Assembly: GCA_029263715.1 (NCBI GenBank)
Contig: JAJUFP010000001.1
Coordinates: 162,837-226,836 of the forward strand
Direction: 5' to 3'
Origin: Nitrososphaera sp.
Lineage (GTDB): Archaea; Thermoproteota; Nitrososphaeria; Nitrososphaerales; Nitrososphaeraceae
DNA length: 64,000 bases
Shown here: in pieces, positions 27,249 through 37,289 of the stretch
How the letters are laid out: every line of letters begins with the position of its first letter
How positions within the stretch are numbered: position 1 is the first letter of the stretch
Notes under the pieces: generated by a model
The model's input: the letters and a program-made list of their open reading frames with translations, nothing else
What the model was told of the DNA's origin: nothing
Databases searched by the model: none
Translations under genes and position numbers: made by a program

Positions 27249-27797
27249 TCACTCTGGACCGGTAGCAACCACCACTGTGTCAGTCGATCCGTCCCCATTA
27301 GTTGGTGCGCTTACACAGTGAACATTTACAGTATTTGTAGGACCGCTCGTAATGGGCGGAACATTTGAAAGTGTGCAGTCAACCGATTCCCCGTCATCAT
27401 TACGGGATTGAACATGTATGACATAGGCGCCTTCAGATGGCTTCGTTATTCCTTCCTCCTGCGTCACTCCCTTTGTGATTCCCAGTGCAGAGAATTGCAT
27501 AGCACCTTGACAATCCGTTTCATATGAATGGGAATTCAGGCCTTCGGTATTCTTGCACCAAATCCAGAAAGCAGCTGTTCCTTCTTTTCCACCAAAAGTT
27601 CCAGTTGAAGAACCAGAAAATACTACTTGCTCTTGGCTATGGTTCGGATCTTCTTTGGAGATTCTGCCAATCAATGGCTCAGTTGCAGCTCCAGAAAATA
27701 CTGCTTGATTATTTGCTGCGAACGCTATCGTGGGACCTAACCAAATCATGAGCGCGGCTGCCATTGCAAAAATCGCGCCCGAGATTTGTTTTTTCAT
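27249..27797 (-). CDS. Exported beta-rich protein with four Cys
   Basis: Signal peptide ending AFA; 'FWIWC...DCQG', 'DCTLSN...HC'. Confidence 0.8.
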   Translation of the reverse strand: MKKQISGAIFAMAAALMIWLGPTIAFAANNQAVFSGAATEPLIGRISKEDPNHSQEQVVFSGSSTGTFGGKEGTAAFWIWCKNTEGLNSHSYETDCQGAMQFSALGITKGVTQEEGITKPSEGAYVIHVQSRNDDGESVDCTLSNVPPITSGPTNTVNVHCVSAPTNGDGSTDTVVVATGPE

Positions 27798-28161
27798 ATA
27801 GCAATATGGGCATTGACGAAGATAAATCTAGCGACAAATCCCATAAATGAATTCCAATACTGGGATTATAAAGAATGTTTTCGGAAACTGCCACGTTGGA
27901 TGACGTTATGATAAGGAGAACAAATTCATGCAAAGTTGCTGGATCTCAGCTACCTGTAGAACAGCAGTTGTTGTCCCTCTACGAGTCTTCAGCCAAGTGG
28001 TTTTTGCTTTCTCCAATAGAACAACCAGCATCTTTGTTGTTTGCAACAACCCTCAGCTCTTGCATACGCATCTAATTGTTGGATACATATTGGCCGCCAG
28101 AACCTTCATTTTTTCTCCTAGCATTGCATGTTTGGATAAGACTAATAGAGTACTGTAGCCA

Positions 28162-28701
28162 CTACTTGCGCATTAGCGAATTAATCAGCTGCATCAATTC
28201 TTCATGGGTCTCCGCGTCTTTCTTTCGCATATGGTAGTACAGCTCCTCTGTGGCTGCATGATAGTCTATTCCCAGATTCTGCGCCAATGCTATAGCCATA
28301 TGGGCCAGTATCAGCTTTCTGAGGACAATTTCAAGGCCATAGCTGGAAGCGTCTCCTTGCAATTCAGCCAAAACATTCTTGAAATTGGCATCAATGTACC
28401 TGTCCTTGGCCTCTCTGGTCTTTATTACAAATCCCGTACCCATTAACCTGGATTTCATATGAATATTCTCCACTAGTTCGATAAACTGGTCATTTAACTC
28501 CGAATTCTTTAACAATACTTCAGAAAGTAAATCTGCAGCATCTTGTTCGCTGATCTTCATCTTATCCGCCATGGTAAAAAGAATGTGGCATGCAGCACAT
28601 CCATTTCCTTTGATAACAGACGGATTATGGTTGACGTTAGAGATCTCATTGGTGATTATGCTGGCAGCTTGTTCTGTAATGTTATCATCTAGTTCTACCA
28701 T
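28162..28701 (-). CDS. Hypothetical helical protein with CxxCH motif
   Basis: Start likely MVELDD (28701); contains 'GCAACHILF'. Confidence 0.8.
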   Translation of the reverse strand: MVELDDNITEQAASIITNEISNVNHNPSVIKGNGCAACHILFTMADKMKISEQDAADLLSEVLLKNSELNDQFIELVENIHMKSRLMGTGFVIKTREAKDRYIDANFKNVLAELQGDASSYGLEIVLRKLILAHMAIALAQNLGIDYHAATEELYYHMRKKDAETHEELMQLINSLMRK

Positions 28702-28995
28702 GCCTTTTGATAGTATCAAGCCATAATAAATGACTGTTTGGCGCAGCCATTTGTATTCATTCCGCCATCTTGATGAACTTGATTGTTTAGGCCAGTTTTT
28801 CAGCAAGACTTCAGTCGGCAGGTCAGCTGCATCAACGTTTGCATCTTGTCTAACAGTACGTAGCAGGCAGCGCAGCCGTTTTCTTATTCTGCAGGAATCT
28901 GCATTGACTTCATGCAAGATTATCTGTTCTGCATCTTTGGATTCAAACGATAAGAAATTCTAAAAGGATTGCTAAAAATATGATGTAATGGCAGG

Positions 28996-29178
28996 CTAGC
29001 CTGCATTTTCCTCTATCACCGCGCCAGTCTGCTCTTCCATGCTAGCAGCGGTGCTGTTTGTGCCCAAAGATTCCACTGTGCGCTCTTGCTGCGGCTGGGT
29101 TTCAAGGCTTGCAGCAAATCCAAGAAGCAGGCCCAGAGCTGCAAAAACAAGTATGAAAAGCACGATGCTGGATATCAT
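28996..29178 (-). CDS. Small single-TM protein
   Basis: N-terminal hydrophobic helix with polar tail. Confidence 0.6.
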   Translation of the reverse strand: MISSIVLFILVFAALGLLLGFAASLETQPQQERTVESLGTNSTAASMEEQTGAVIEENAG

Positions 29179-29219
29179 AGGGCACGGTAATGTTCGAACC
29201 CTTTAAAAATATTGCACAA

Positions 29220-29987
29220 TCACATGAAGTACCCTGTGTACCTTGCCTTGCCCATGATAAGGCCGCTGGCCTTGTCGCGTACAAAGGCAGTATCGTCCTT
29301 TGGCACCAGCCCTGTTGGCTTGACAAGGTGCGGCGTCCCGTAGATGTTTGCCAGAACGTATTCGTACCTCCAAAGCAGGTAGCGGTCCTGGTCCGTCATC
29401 AAGCTTTTCACCGGCACCATCTTCTCTCGGAATCCTCCCACAAGCTTGACGTTGTCGTACCATATGGGGTACTGAGACCACGCGTCTTCAAGAGGTTTTG
29501 GACGATTCTTGGCAAAAAAGAGCGATGGTTTGTAGGCAGTGATGATGCTGAATGCAACCATTGCAAGTCCCAAGAAGAAATGCATCTGGGCGGCAACGCC
29601 GATGGATACCTCCGTTGAGGGACTTGCTGTCGGATTTTGGCTGTAGAAAAATTCAGGAAATACAGGATCGGCCGGCGGGAAGAATGGAAGAATTATTGCG
29701 TTGTGCATCAGAACAATGCCCAACATGCAGATGACGGCTGGCATGATACCCTTCCACACAACGGTGAGGAAGATAAAAGACACCATCACCACTGCAAATA
29801 CCTGGACCACGCCGGCCATGGCCGGCACAACAGAAAAAGTTGAAATGAAAATATGCAAGACAGATAAAAGAACGATGTTGATCACGCTGACCAAGAGTAA
29901 CGTAGAGCTGTGCCTCTGAAACCATGTATGAATGGCGCCAGGTGACTTTTGAGCAGGAGGTTTTCCTGCCATGGTGTTTTTACCCAA
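29220..29987 (-). CDS. Membrane protein with soluble C-terminal domain
   Basis: Four hydrophobic helices then a soluble domain. Confidence 0.8.
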   Translation of the reverse strand: MGKNTMAGKPPAQKSPGAIHTWFQRHSSTLLLVSVINIVLLSVLHIFISTFSVVPAMAGVVQVFAVVMVSFIFLTVVWKGIMPAVICMLGIVLMHNAIILPFFPPADPVFPEFFYSQNPTASPSTEVSIGVAAQMHFFLGLAMVAFSIITAYKPSLFFAKNRPKPLEDAWSQYPIWYDNVKLVGGFREKMVPVKSLMTDQDRYLLWRYEYVLANIYGTPHLVKPTGLVPKDDTAFVRDKASGLIMGKARYTGYFM

Positions 29988-30049
29988 AACTGGGCATTAA
30001 GCATTTCTAAAACATAACAATTTATTGGAACGTCTGCAGATTCAGGGTA

Positions 30050-31369
30050 GTGGCCCCACCTTTTGGATTTTTCAAGAAAAAAGATAGAACAGAACCCGAC
30101 AAAGACAGCCCGGCAAACCCTGCCATGGCCGGGTTAAAGGATCAGCCTGAAGCCGGCGAGCTTGCGATACAGGAAGCGCAGACGCTCTTGCAGGATGTAG
30201 AGGATGCAAAGGTCCGGGTGCTGTGCTCACGTCTGGCAGAGATCCGCAGTTCTGCATCAGCGTCCTTCAGGAACCTGGCCAGAATAGCGGAGGAAATGGA
30301 GCGTGAAAAGTTCAAGCTTGAAAACGTTGAACAAAGGTTCGGCTCCACCGTTGAAAATTCTAAAAAGACCATTGTTTCGACCTTAAGACGGGAAGCATCA
30401 TCTGAACTGCCAAACCCGCAGTCAATAAACGATGCCAAAAAGTTCCGCGATAGGCTGGAAGCTACCATGAACCGTTTCGGAGAAGTCAGCGGATCCCACA
30501 GCAAGGTTCTCAACTACTTTATGAACAAGTATGCCGAAAAGATGAGAGAAGAATTCGAGACCTTGTCCGGACTACTGAAGGATACCCGGTCCGTTATGGC
30601 CGAGTTTGAGCAAGACCGCGCACCAGTAGTAAAGTGCAACAATATACTGAACACGGTTCTGCAGAAAGCCTCGTCTGCAAAATCCGCAGAGGTGTCTATG
30701 CAGAACCTGGCTGAGCGGATCCAGACGACAGAAAAAGAATTGGAAAAAACCAAGATGGAGCATGATTCGATTAGGGGTTCTCCGGACTTTGCGCAGGCAG
30801 AGTCATCTATTGCAAAGCTTTCTGGAGTCGAGCAGCGCATACAAGAATTCCACACGCGCGTATCGGATCTCTTTTCGCACGCTTCGCGAGCCTTTGGAAA
30901 ATACTCTTACGGCGTCACAAAGGAGACAGAGAAACGGCTCCTTGTCATGACCGATGAGCCATGGAGGATCTTGTACGAAGATGACGTATCGCCGTACACC
31001 GCGCTTCTTGCTGAAATCCAGAAATCCATCAGTTCTGGTCAGATCCAGTTGAAGGACTCTGAGCGGGTTCTCCGGCACATCGGCGCCATCCTTGCATCCG
31101 TGTCTGACCTTCAGGCTACGGCCAAGGCTCTTACTGAAGAACATGCAAGCCTTAGCAGCGACAGCCGGTCCAAAGACTTGGTCGTGCAGGTAAAGAAGAT
31201 GGAGGATTCTTTAGCCCTCTATACAGAAGATCTTGCTCAGTACCGACGTGAACTGGCCCTGCAGAAAAAGCAGGCACAGGAAAGAAGCGAGGAGATACAG
31301 TCACAGCTATCAGAAGCATCCCAGGCACTTTCTTCGATTGCAGGCAAGAGATATTCAATACGCCTTTAA
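30050..31369 (+). CDS. Long coiled-coil protein
   Basis: E/K/Q/L-rich heptad character over 439 aa. Confidence 0.85.
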   Translation: MAPPFGFFKKKDRTEPDKDSPANPAMAGLKDQPEAGELAIQEAQTLLQDVEDAKVRVLCSRLAEIRSSASASFRNLARIAEEMEREKFKLENVEQRFGSTVENSKKTIVSTLRREASSELPNPQSINDAKKFRDRLEATMNRFGEVSGSHSKVLNYFMNKYAEKMREEFETLSGLLKDTRSVMAEFEQDRAPVVKCNNILNTVLQKASSAKSAEVSMQNLAERIQTTEKELEKTKMEHDSIRGSPDFAQAESSIAKLSGVEQRIQEFHTRVSDLFSHASRAFGKYSYGVTKETEKRLLVMTDEPWRILYEDDVSPYTALLAEIQKSISSGQIQLKDSERVLRHIGAILASVSDLQATAKALTEEHASLSSDSRSKDLVVQVKKMEDSLALYTEDLAQYRRELALQKKQAQERSEEIQSQLSEASQALSSIAGKRYSIRL

Positions 31370-32073
31370 GAAACCTCGTCAAGCACCTGCTGGAAAGTCT
31401 GGTAGGGGTATGCTCCCTGCAGCAGCTGCGGCTGGTCGTTTTCGGGGATGATTATGAAACTTGGAGTTGCGTTCAACCCAATGTTCTTGGCAAGGATGTA
31501 GTTGTCACGTACGACGCTGGCATACTTGCCGGAATCAAGGCACTGGCCGAAGGCCGCCTGATCGGAGATGCCGACGTTTGAAGCAAACTGCCTAAGGCTA
31601 TCCTTTGTGACCCATCCTGTGTTCTCTCCGTTCCAGTTGTGGTACAGCTCGTTGTGGTATTCCCAGTACTTGCCCTGATCGGCAGCGCAGTAGGAAGCCT
31701 CGGCTGCAAGTGACGAAGCCCTGTCTGAAAGGTCGTTTATCGGAAAGTCCTTGAAAAGGAATCTGACCTTGCCGGTGTCCACATAGTTTGTCATGATGTC
31801 ATCGCGGGTTTCTTTGTGAAAACGCATGCACCATGTGCATTGGTAGTCCCCAAACTCGACGATGGTTGTTCTGGCAGAATCGCTTCCCAAGGCCATTGCA
31901 CTTGGAATCGTCGGCGTGGTCAGCTTTGCCAGTATCACGCCTGCCTGCTGATCGCCACCGGCGGCCTTTGGAGCAAATGCACCGGACATCAGGGCGGCAA
32001 ATAAGCCCACTACAATTACACCAGCCGCTACGGCAGCAATGACAATGCTCTTTGGCTGTCTTTTTTCCACCAT
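31366..32073 (-). CDS. DsbA-like membrane-anchored thioredoxin-fold oxidoreductase
   Basis: 'VEFGDYQCTWC', 'FLFKDFP', 'GLNATPSF', 'GAYPY'. Confidence 0.93.
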   Translation of the reverse strand: MVEKRQPKSIVIAAVAAGVIVVGLFAALMSGAFAPKAAGGDQQAGVILAKLTTPTIPSAMALGSDSARTTIVEFGDYQCTWCMRFHKETRDDIMTNYVDTGKVRFLFKDFPINDLSDRASSLAAEASYCAADQGKYWEYHNELYHNWNGENTGWVTKDSLRQFASNVGISDQAAFGQCLDSGKYASVVRDNYILAKNIGLNATPSFIIIPENDQPQLLQGAYPYQTFQQVLDEVS

Positions 32074-32079
32074 CGATTG

Positions 32080-32247
32080 CTATCTCCAGAATATCGAAAA
32101 GATGCCAAGACCGATGATGCAGAGGCCTCCATATGAAATCTGTGGTATGTTAAGAACCAAACCCAGTATTCCTAGGCCTATTCCACTTACAATGGTTATT
32201 GCTTCTCCCACTCTTCTCTGGTTACGGAGAACGCGCCTCTGACGCAT
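32080..32247 (-). CDS. Small two-TM membrane protein (55 aa)
   Basis: MRQRRVLRNQRRVGEAITIVSGIGLGILGLVLNIPQISYGGLCIIGLGIFSIFWR*; missed by the ORF track. Confidence 0.7.
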   Translation of the reverse strand: MRQRRVLRNQRRVGEAITIVSGIGLGILGLVLNIPQISYGGLCIIGLGIFSIFWR

Positions 32248-32271
32248 GGACCAAAGGATTGGATGCAGGTC

Positions 32272-32889
32272 TTATAAAACTACCTGTGGCTTCCTTTCCA
32301 GTATGGCTGATGCAAAGGACTTTGTCAGAATAAGCGCCAGCAGGCCGTAAAATGCATTGAACACAAGGGCCATGTACACGACGCGGTCTATCATGGTCAG
32401 CAGCTCGCTTGTTGCAGCCCTGAACAGGTCGCCGATGGGTGCCCGCTGGCTTATCTCTGCCTGGCCATCAAGGGACTGAAGCAGGGGTAGCATAACTCCA
32501 TAGGTTACTGGCAAAAAGAGCACAAGCCAGATTGCAACTCCTGCTGCCAGCCCGTACGCCGGGGCATACTTGCCAAGCGATACGTACGCCTTCTGCGAGA
32601 CTGCAAAGGGGATGGACATGATGAGCCCTATTACCGAACCGGTCGCCAGGTGCAGCAGCAACCCTTGGGCTATGGAAAAGAGGCTGTACTCCTGCGTCTG
32701 CGTTATTGCCGATACAAGCATCAGGTAGAATGTCCCTACAGGCAGCAGCGCCACCCTTTCTGCCAAAAGTATCAGCGCGCTTACTGCCAGTGACGCGATA
32801 AGTCCGGCGGCAACCCCGGATCCAAGGATGGTCAATACGTTCTTTCCCTTGCTTTTGGAGCCTGGACCCATCTTTTCTGAAACCGTCAT
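32272..32889 (-). CDS. Multi-TM membrane protein (paralog 2)
   Basis: Hydrophobic; shares 'G.LLHL.TG..IG' and 'WLVLFLP' with the upstream gene. Confidence 0.85.
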   Translation of the reverse strand: MTVSEKMGPGSKSKGKNVLTILGSGVAAGLIASLAVSALILLAERVALLPVGTFYLMLVSAITQTQEYSLFSIAQGLLLHLATGSVIGLIMSIPFAVSQKAYVSLGKYAPAYGLAAGVAIWLVLFLPVTYGVMLPLLQSLDGQAEISQRAPIGDLFRAATSELLTMIDRVVYMALVFNAFYGLLALILTKSFASAILERKPQVVL

Positions 32890-33479
32890 TGCATTGTCTC
32901 TCCTTTGGTGCGCGTAACACGGAAAGCCTTGATCCTTACCAGCGAGCTAAAAATGTAGCCAAAGATCGCACCCCATACAAGATGGAATGCTATTGCGCTC
33001 AGACCAATGCCCCAGACCATCTGGCCAGTGTTGCCAGAAAGCATCGCGCTTTGGGAGGGGAAACTCTCCGCCAAAAGAAAACTTATCCTCTGTATTGAAG
33101 GCTGGACCAAAAGTGCGGTGATTGGCAGGAACAGGACCAGCCATACTGCCATTCCCGTGGCCATGCCCATCAGCACGGCCTTGTAGGGATTCAGCACAAC
33201 CCTTGCCATAAGACGGCTTGAAACAAAGCCAATGATGATGCCCAGAATTGCTCCGGTGAGGAGGTGCAGTCCAAAACCAAGATAGGCAGCTGACACGAAA
33301 TCGTTGTAGCCAAGGCTCATCCCCATTATTGCGTAAAAGGTGCTTATCGGCAGTCCAAGCTCAAGCTCGGAAGCGGCTATAGCGCTTGATATCGACCACG
33401 TGGCTATCAGTCCAGCTATTGCTCCGTACTTTATTCCAGTTCGTACTACATCGACACCAGAGATCGATTGCGGATGCAT
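32886..33479 (-). CDS. Multi-TM membrane protein (paralog 1)
   Basis: 'GLHLLTGAILG', 'WLVLFLPI', 'FHLVWG'; ATGA overlap with the next gene. Confidence 0.85.
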   Translation of the reverse strand: MHPQSISGVDVVRTGIKYGAIAGLIATWSISSAIAASELELGLPISTFYAIMGMSLGYNDFVSAAYLGFGLHLLTGAILGIIIGFVSSRLMARVVLNPYKAVLMGMATGMAVWLVLFLPITALLVQPSIQRISFLLAESFPSQSAMLSGNTGQMVWGIGLSAIAFHLVWGAIFGYIFSSLVRIKAFRVTRTKGETMQ

Positions 33480-33617
33480 GTAACATATTAGTGAATGTAA
33501 TATTTCTGCTTTTATTCTGGGTACGATCGATTTAATGGGATAATAAACATTGGATGTATAATATAATAGACCTGGCTGGATGTTTAATGTAATATTTATA
33601 ATATCACATTATATGCC

Positions 33618-34508
33618 TTAGACTGGTTTTGGAACGACGACGGCGTCTTCGGTCTGGAACTCTTTGATCAGCGATTCCCGTATCTTGGCCATTAGCTCGT
33701 CTGCCTGGTCCAGAGTCATATTCCTGTCCAGTTCAATGTGAACCTGCGCAAAAAAGTCCTGCCCTATTGGACGCAAAAGTATCTTTTCGACCTTGACGTT
33801 GTACCTTGACTGGATGTGTTCAGCCATCTGCGCCTGAAGCTCGGGATTTCTGACCGCGTCTACTAGCACCAGTGCCGATTCTTTGAGCGCAGAAAATGCC
33901 ATGTAAAAGATGTATCCTGCTATCATGATGCTACCCACCGCGTCCATGTACGGTATCCCAAAAAAGTAGGCCGCTGCTATGCTGCCAAGACCCACAAAGG
34001 ATGCAGTCCCGTCTTTGATGGAGTTCTTGGCATCCAAGTTTAGCGATATCAAGTCGTACTTTTTTGCTATGCTTCTTACCTTGAAGGCGCGGTGAAGGGA
34101 CACGCTTCCTGCTCCGGCCAGGGCGATCATGGTCACCTCCGGATTGGTGATTTCCTCTGGCTTTATGAAGTGCAGATAGGCATTGTAAACGATTGAAGCA
34201 CCAAGGAGAAGAATTATCACCGCTGCCACAAAAGCTGCAAAACTCTCTATCTTGGCGTACCCGAAATGAAACAACCTACTCCGTGGTTTGTGAAGCATCT
34301 TGATCCCAAACCAGACGACGAAGGAGACCAGCGCATCTGCAAGCGAGTCAAGGCCGTCTGCAAAAAGGGTAAGGCTGCCGGTAAACGTCGATATCAGAAC
34401 CTCTACAACGCCGATGCTTACCAGTGTCCAGATGGAAACCCATGCTGCCTTTCTGGCCTCCTTAAACACCTCTGACTTGTCCAAAAAACGATTACCATCA
34501 AACACCAC
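33618..34508 (-). CDS. Cation diffusion facilitator family transporter
   Basis: 'SLTLFADGLDSLAD', 'FHFGYAKIE', 'DAKNSIKD', C-terminal ZT dimerisation-like domain. Confidence 0.93.
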   Translation of the reverse strand: MVFDGNRFLDKSEVFKEARKAAWVSIWTLVSIGVVEVLISTFTGSLTLFADGLDSLADALVSFVVWFGIKMLHKPRSRLFHFGYAKIESFAAFVAAVIILLLGASIVYNAYLHFIKPEEITNPEVTMIALAGAGSVSLHRAFKVRSIAKKYDLISLNLDAKNSIKDGTASFVGLGSIAAAYFFGIPYMDAVGSIMIAGYIFYMAFSALKESALVLVDAVRNPELQAQMAEHIQSRYNVKVEKILLRPIGQDFFAQVHIELDRNMTLDQADELMAKIRESLIKEFQTEDAVVVPKPV

Positions 34509-34577
34509 TGAACATCTATTATACCTTTGTACACGTCGATTCCTTTCTATAACCGGACGCCTTTACGCGGCGCAGCG

Positions 34578-34931
34578 ATGGAAGTATCAATAGAACCGTG
34601 GAAAAAGCTGGTGGTGCATGAAGTGATAGAGTACGAGTTTGAAGAACTGGTGCACATCGTGCTTTCCCAGTCCCGTGCTGCCGGCGGTGGAATTGCGTCC
34701 ATGAACTGGTGCAACGGAATCGTGTTTCAGCACACGATATTTCCGGACACCGACAGCGTCGTTCAGGAGAAGCTGAAAGGGGTTATCCATTATTCATCGG
34801 TAGTCTTTGCAGTCAAGGATAAGTTCGAAAAGAAGGTTGTAAGGGAAACCGGGACGCTGAACCTTTTGGACGTGAGTGCCAACAGCGTTTTTAGAGGGCT
34901 GACCGGTGTGTTGAAGCAATCAAAGCCGTAA
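34578..34931 (+). CDS. Conserved hypothetical protein
   Basis: 'IEPWKKLVVHEVIEY', 'NWCNGIVF'. Confidence 0.8.
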   Translation: MEVSIEPWKKLVVHEVIEYEFEELVHIVLSQSRAAGGGIASMNWCNGIVFQHTIFPDTDSVVQEKLKGVIHYSSVVFAVKDKFEKKVVRETGTLNLLDVSANSVFRGLTGVLKQSKP

Positions 34932-35128
34932 AATGTGATGGTTGTGAAGCCGGCAGGGCATGCAAGCAGCAAGTCCCATGAACGGCGCATGCAATTAGAA
35001 TTCCGTCGGCTGGGATTGTTTGCCACCGCAGCCTGTTGCTAGACTTCTGTTGCATACTAGGGCGTCTTAACTGATTGTTGCACCACGGGAGGTAGGTATT
35101 GCAGATTAGATGTCGAGAAATCTGCCAG

Positions 35129-35425
35129 TCAGGCAATTTCCCGCCGCGATGCGCTTTCTGCCTGAATGGAGACCACGGAGTATAACAGTACTATCAATCC
35201 TGCCACGATGGTGAACAGGAACACGTATGAATTCATTTCAAACACCTTGCCTCGCTCGGCTGTATAATCTCCTTCTTGGATGGTCTTCAGAGTGTCAGAG
35301 CCTACTGAAATCATTCCCCACACTCCTATGGCCATAAGCGCTACGCCTACCATGACGCCAAGCTTTCTGTTTCTCAGTATTGAATGCCGGCCAACGTTGC
35401 CTGCTTCCGATACCGTTGCTCTCAA
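35129..35425 (-). CDS. Small two-TM membrane protein
   Basis: Two hydrophobic helices. Confidence 0.7.
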   Translation of the reverse strand: MRATVSEAGNVGRHSILRNRKLGVMVGVALMAIGVWGMISVGSDTLKTIQEGDYTAERGKVFEMNSYVFLFTIVAGLIVLLYSVVSIQAESASRREIA

Positions 35426-35488
35426 TTTTTTTCACCTTACTTATCCGGCGGCAAAATGATACTAAAGAGTTAAGTAAATGCGGTCTTG

Positions 35489-35534
35489 TCGCTAGCGATA
35501 TCTTAATATGTCACTAGTGATATTACTAGTGATA
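35489..35534. promoter_or_regulatory. Three palindromic boxes T(C/T)RCTAGYGATA, candidate PadR operator
   Basis: tcgctagcga (35489-98), tcactagtga (35511-20), ttactagtga (35523-32), each followed by TA. Confidence 0.65.
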
Positions 35535-36046
35535 TGATAAGTGAATGGCTTTCAAGAGTTGGAAGCGCTGTCCCAAGAGGTTTTTCCAGGTTCTACATCT
35601 TGAGCCTGCTCAAGGAAAAGCCCATGACCGGCAAGGAGATCATAGACACGGCCATAGCCCAGACGGAAGGCCGGTGGAAGCCGTCGCCCGGTCTCATTTA
35701 CCCTCTGCTTGGTAGGCTGCTGGATGACGGCCTTGTGGCCGAAAACGAGAGTGGCAAGTATACCATCACAAAAAAAGGACTGGATATTATGGAAGACCTG
35801 GAATCGCTGAACAACGTCGTCAGAAAACAGCTGGATGTCATGCTCCGCGTTGGCAGCATCGGAGCGGCTGTCGCAACCGATCTCGTGGACCGGGTCATAA
35901 CCATTGGCTCGTCTCTGACCTCCCGTCCGGACATCATGACTAAAGATGAGCGGAAGAAATATCGCGAGTTCTTGCTTTCAGAGCTGAAAAAACTAGACGA
36001 GCAGGATGGGAAAAGGGAACGCAAAGAAAAGGTGGACGTTGAATAG
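35534..36046 (+). CDS. PadR-family transcriptional regulator
   Basis: 'ILSLLKEKPMTGKEI', 'WKPSPGLIYPLL', 'Y.IT.KG'. Confidence 0.93.
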   Translation: MISEWLSRVGSAVPRGFSRFYILSLLKEKPMTGKEIIDTAIAQTEGRWKPSPGLIYPLLGRLLDDGLVAENESGKYTITKKGLDIMEDLESLNNVVRKQLDVMLRVGSIGAAVATDLVDRVITIGSSLTSRPDIMTKDERKKYREFLLSELKKLDEQDGKRERKEKVDVE

Positions 36047-36049
36047 GCT

Positions 36050-36328
36050 TCAAAGCCATGGCCAGTAGGGGATGCCGCGAATGGCGCACTGCTTGCGCAC
36101 TATGGCCCTGGCCTTCTTTGCGGCTTCTTCTTCAGTTGAACCGGCCTTGAGGTATTGGAGCATGACCTCTTCGTACAACTTTTTTGCCCTCTCTTCTGTA
36201 AATTCTTTGTACTTCTTTTCAACACTGGCCGGCTCGCCGGCACCCTTCATCTCTAGGTATTCCTGACGGCAATCCTTGCAAGTATCGTCAAAAAAGTCGG
36301 TATGAACAGGACACGGAGCCATCATCAC
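36050..36328 (-). CDS. Small Cys/His protein
   Basis: 'CPVH...CKDC' and C-terminal 'KQC...IPYWPWL'. Confidence 0.8.
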   Translation of the reverse strand: MMMAPCPVHTDFFDDTCKDCRQEYLEMKGAGEPASVEKKYKEFTEERAKKLYEEVMLQYLKAGSTEEEAAKKARAIVRKQCAIRGIPYWPWL

Positions 36329-37005
36329 ATCTCCGGCTCGTTTCTTGCCTCAAGGTTGCCGTTCCTGTCCACGTCAATGCCCATTATGGCAAGGATGGGT
36401 CTGGCAGTTTCTAACCCCTCCCTTTCAATTATGCTGCGGGCCATTCTCAGTCTATAGGGAGCAGACCACTGCTGACCTATCTTGTATTTGCCGCGCATGT
36501 CTTTTGGGATCACTTTTATCACAGCAACTTCCCTGACCACCGGCATACCTTCGTCCAGTCTTTCGTACCGGCCCTCTTTCTGGTATTTCTCCATCAGGGC
36601 GTTGAGCGCCACGGCTTTTTCATGGTTGTCCTCTACCAGGACCGCCCTTCCCTTTATCACCACACTGATGTACAGGGTGTCGGCCTGCGAAGCGTCGGTG
36701 GGATGAAAGTAGTATGAAGGCAAAAAGCAGACATGCTGGTCTACTTCAAAGCCCACGCTTGGGTTACGCAATATGTTGTCAATCTTTTCTCCAACCGGGT
36801 GGGAGTGCATGTATATCGCGTCGTTGGCATAAACAAAATTCATCGGGATCACCTGCGGGTATCCGTCCTTGTCTATGGATGCAATCCTGCCAGCTGGCTG
36901 GCTGTTGAGAAAGTCAATGATCTTTTGTTTTGAGCGAATTTCGTATTTCTTGAGCAGCTGCATCCAATACAAATGGCTTGATCGTTCATTAAAAATTATG
37001 CGCAA
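36325..37005 (-). CDS. Pyridoxamine 5'-phosphate oxidase-like flavin/F420-binding protein (NimA-like)
   Basis: 'GYPQVIPMNFVY', 'GEKIDNI..NP.VGFEV', 'YISVVIKG', 'GKYK'. Confidence 0.9.
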   Translation of the reverse strand: MRIIFNERSSHLYWMQLLKKYEIRSKQKIIDFLNSQPAGRIASIDKDGYPQVIPMNFVYANDAIYMHSHPVGEKIDNILRNPSVGFEVDQHVCFLPSYYFHPTDASQADTLYISVVIKGRAVLVEDNHEKAVALNALMEKYQKEGRYERLDEGMPVVREVAVIKVIPKDMRGKYKIGQQWSAPYRLRMARSIIEREGLETARPILAIMGIDVDRNGNLEARNEPEM

Positions 37006-37040
37006 GTAAGGTTATACGCCAGCATTGCGAAAGAACGGCG

Positions 37041-37259
37041 ATGCAGAAAAGGACTATCCGCCTTGGGATTTTTGGCTGCATAGCCGCAATGATAGCCGCG
37101 GTTGGCTACGCATTTACGCGCCTGTACATCATGAACCTGCGCGTTGACCTTTCCATCCTGATCGTAAACATTGTGGTCTTTAGCATCAGTGCTGGCCTGC
37201 TAGTTTACCTTACCAGAAAAGAACGCGACATAGAAGAGGAAGAGTTGTTCAGGGATTGA
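37041..37259 (+). CDS. Small two-TM membrane protein
   Basis: Two hydrophobic helices, acidic tail. Confidence 0.7.
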   Translation: MQKRTIRLGIFGCIAAMIAAVGYAFTRLYIMNLRVDLSILIVNIVVFSISAGLLVYLTRKERDIEEEELFRD

Positions 37260-37289
37260 TTTAGTAGGGGCCTTTGACATCCTACTGCC

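Noticed and set aside
28702-28917. N-terminal extension of ORF 28162-28917
   Set aside because: Low-complexity, unnatural sequence; the conserved-looking protein starts at MVELDD (28701).
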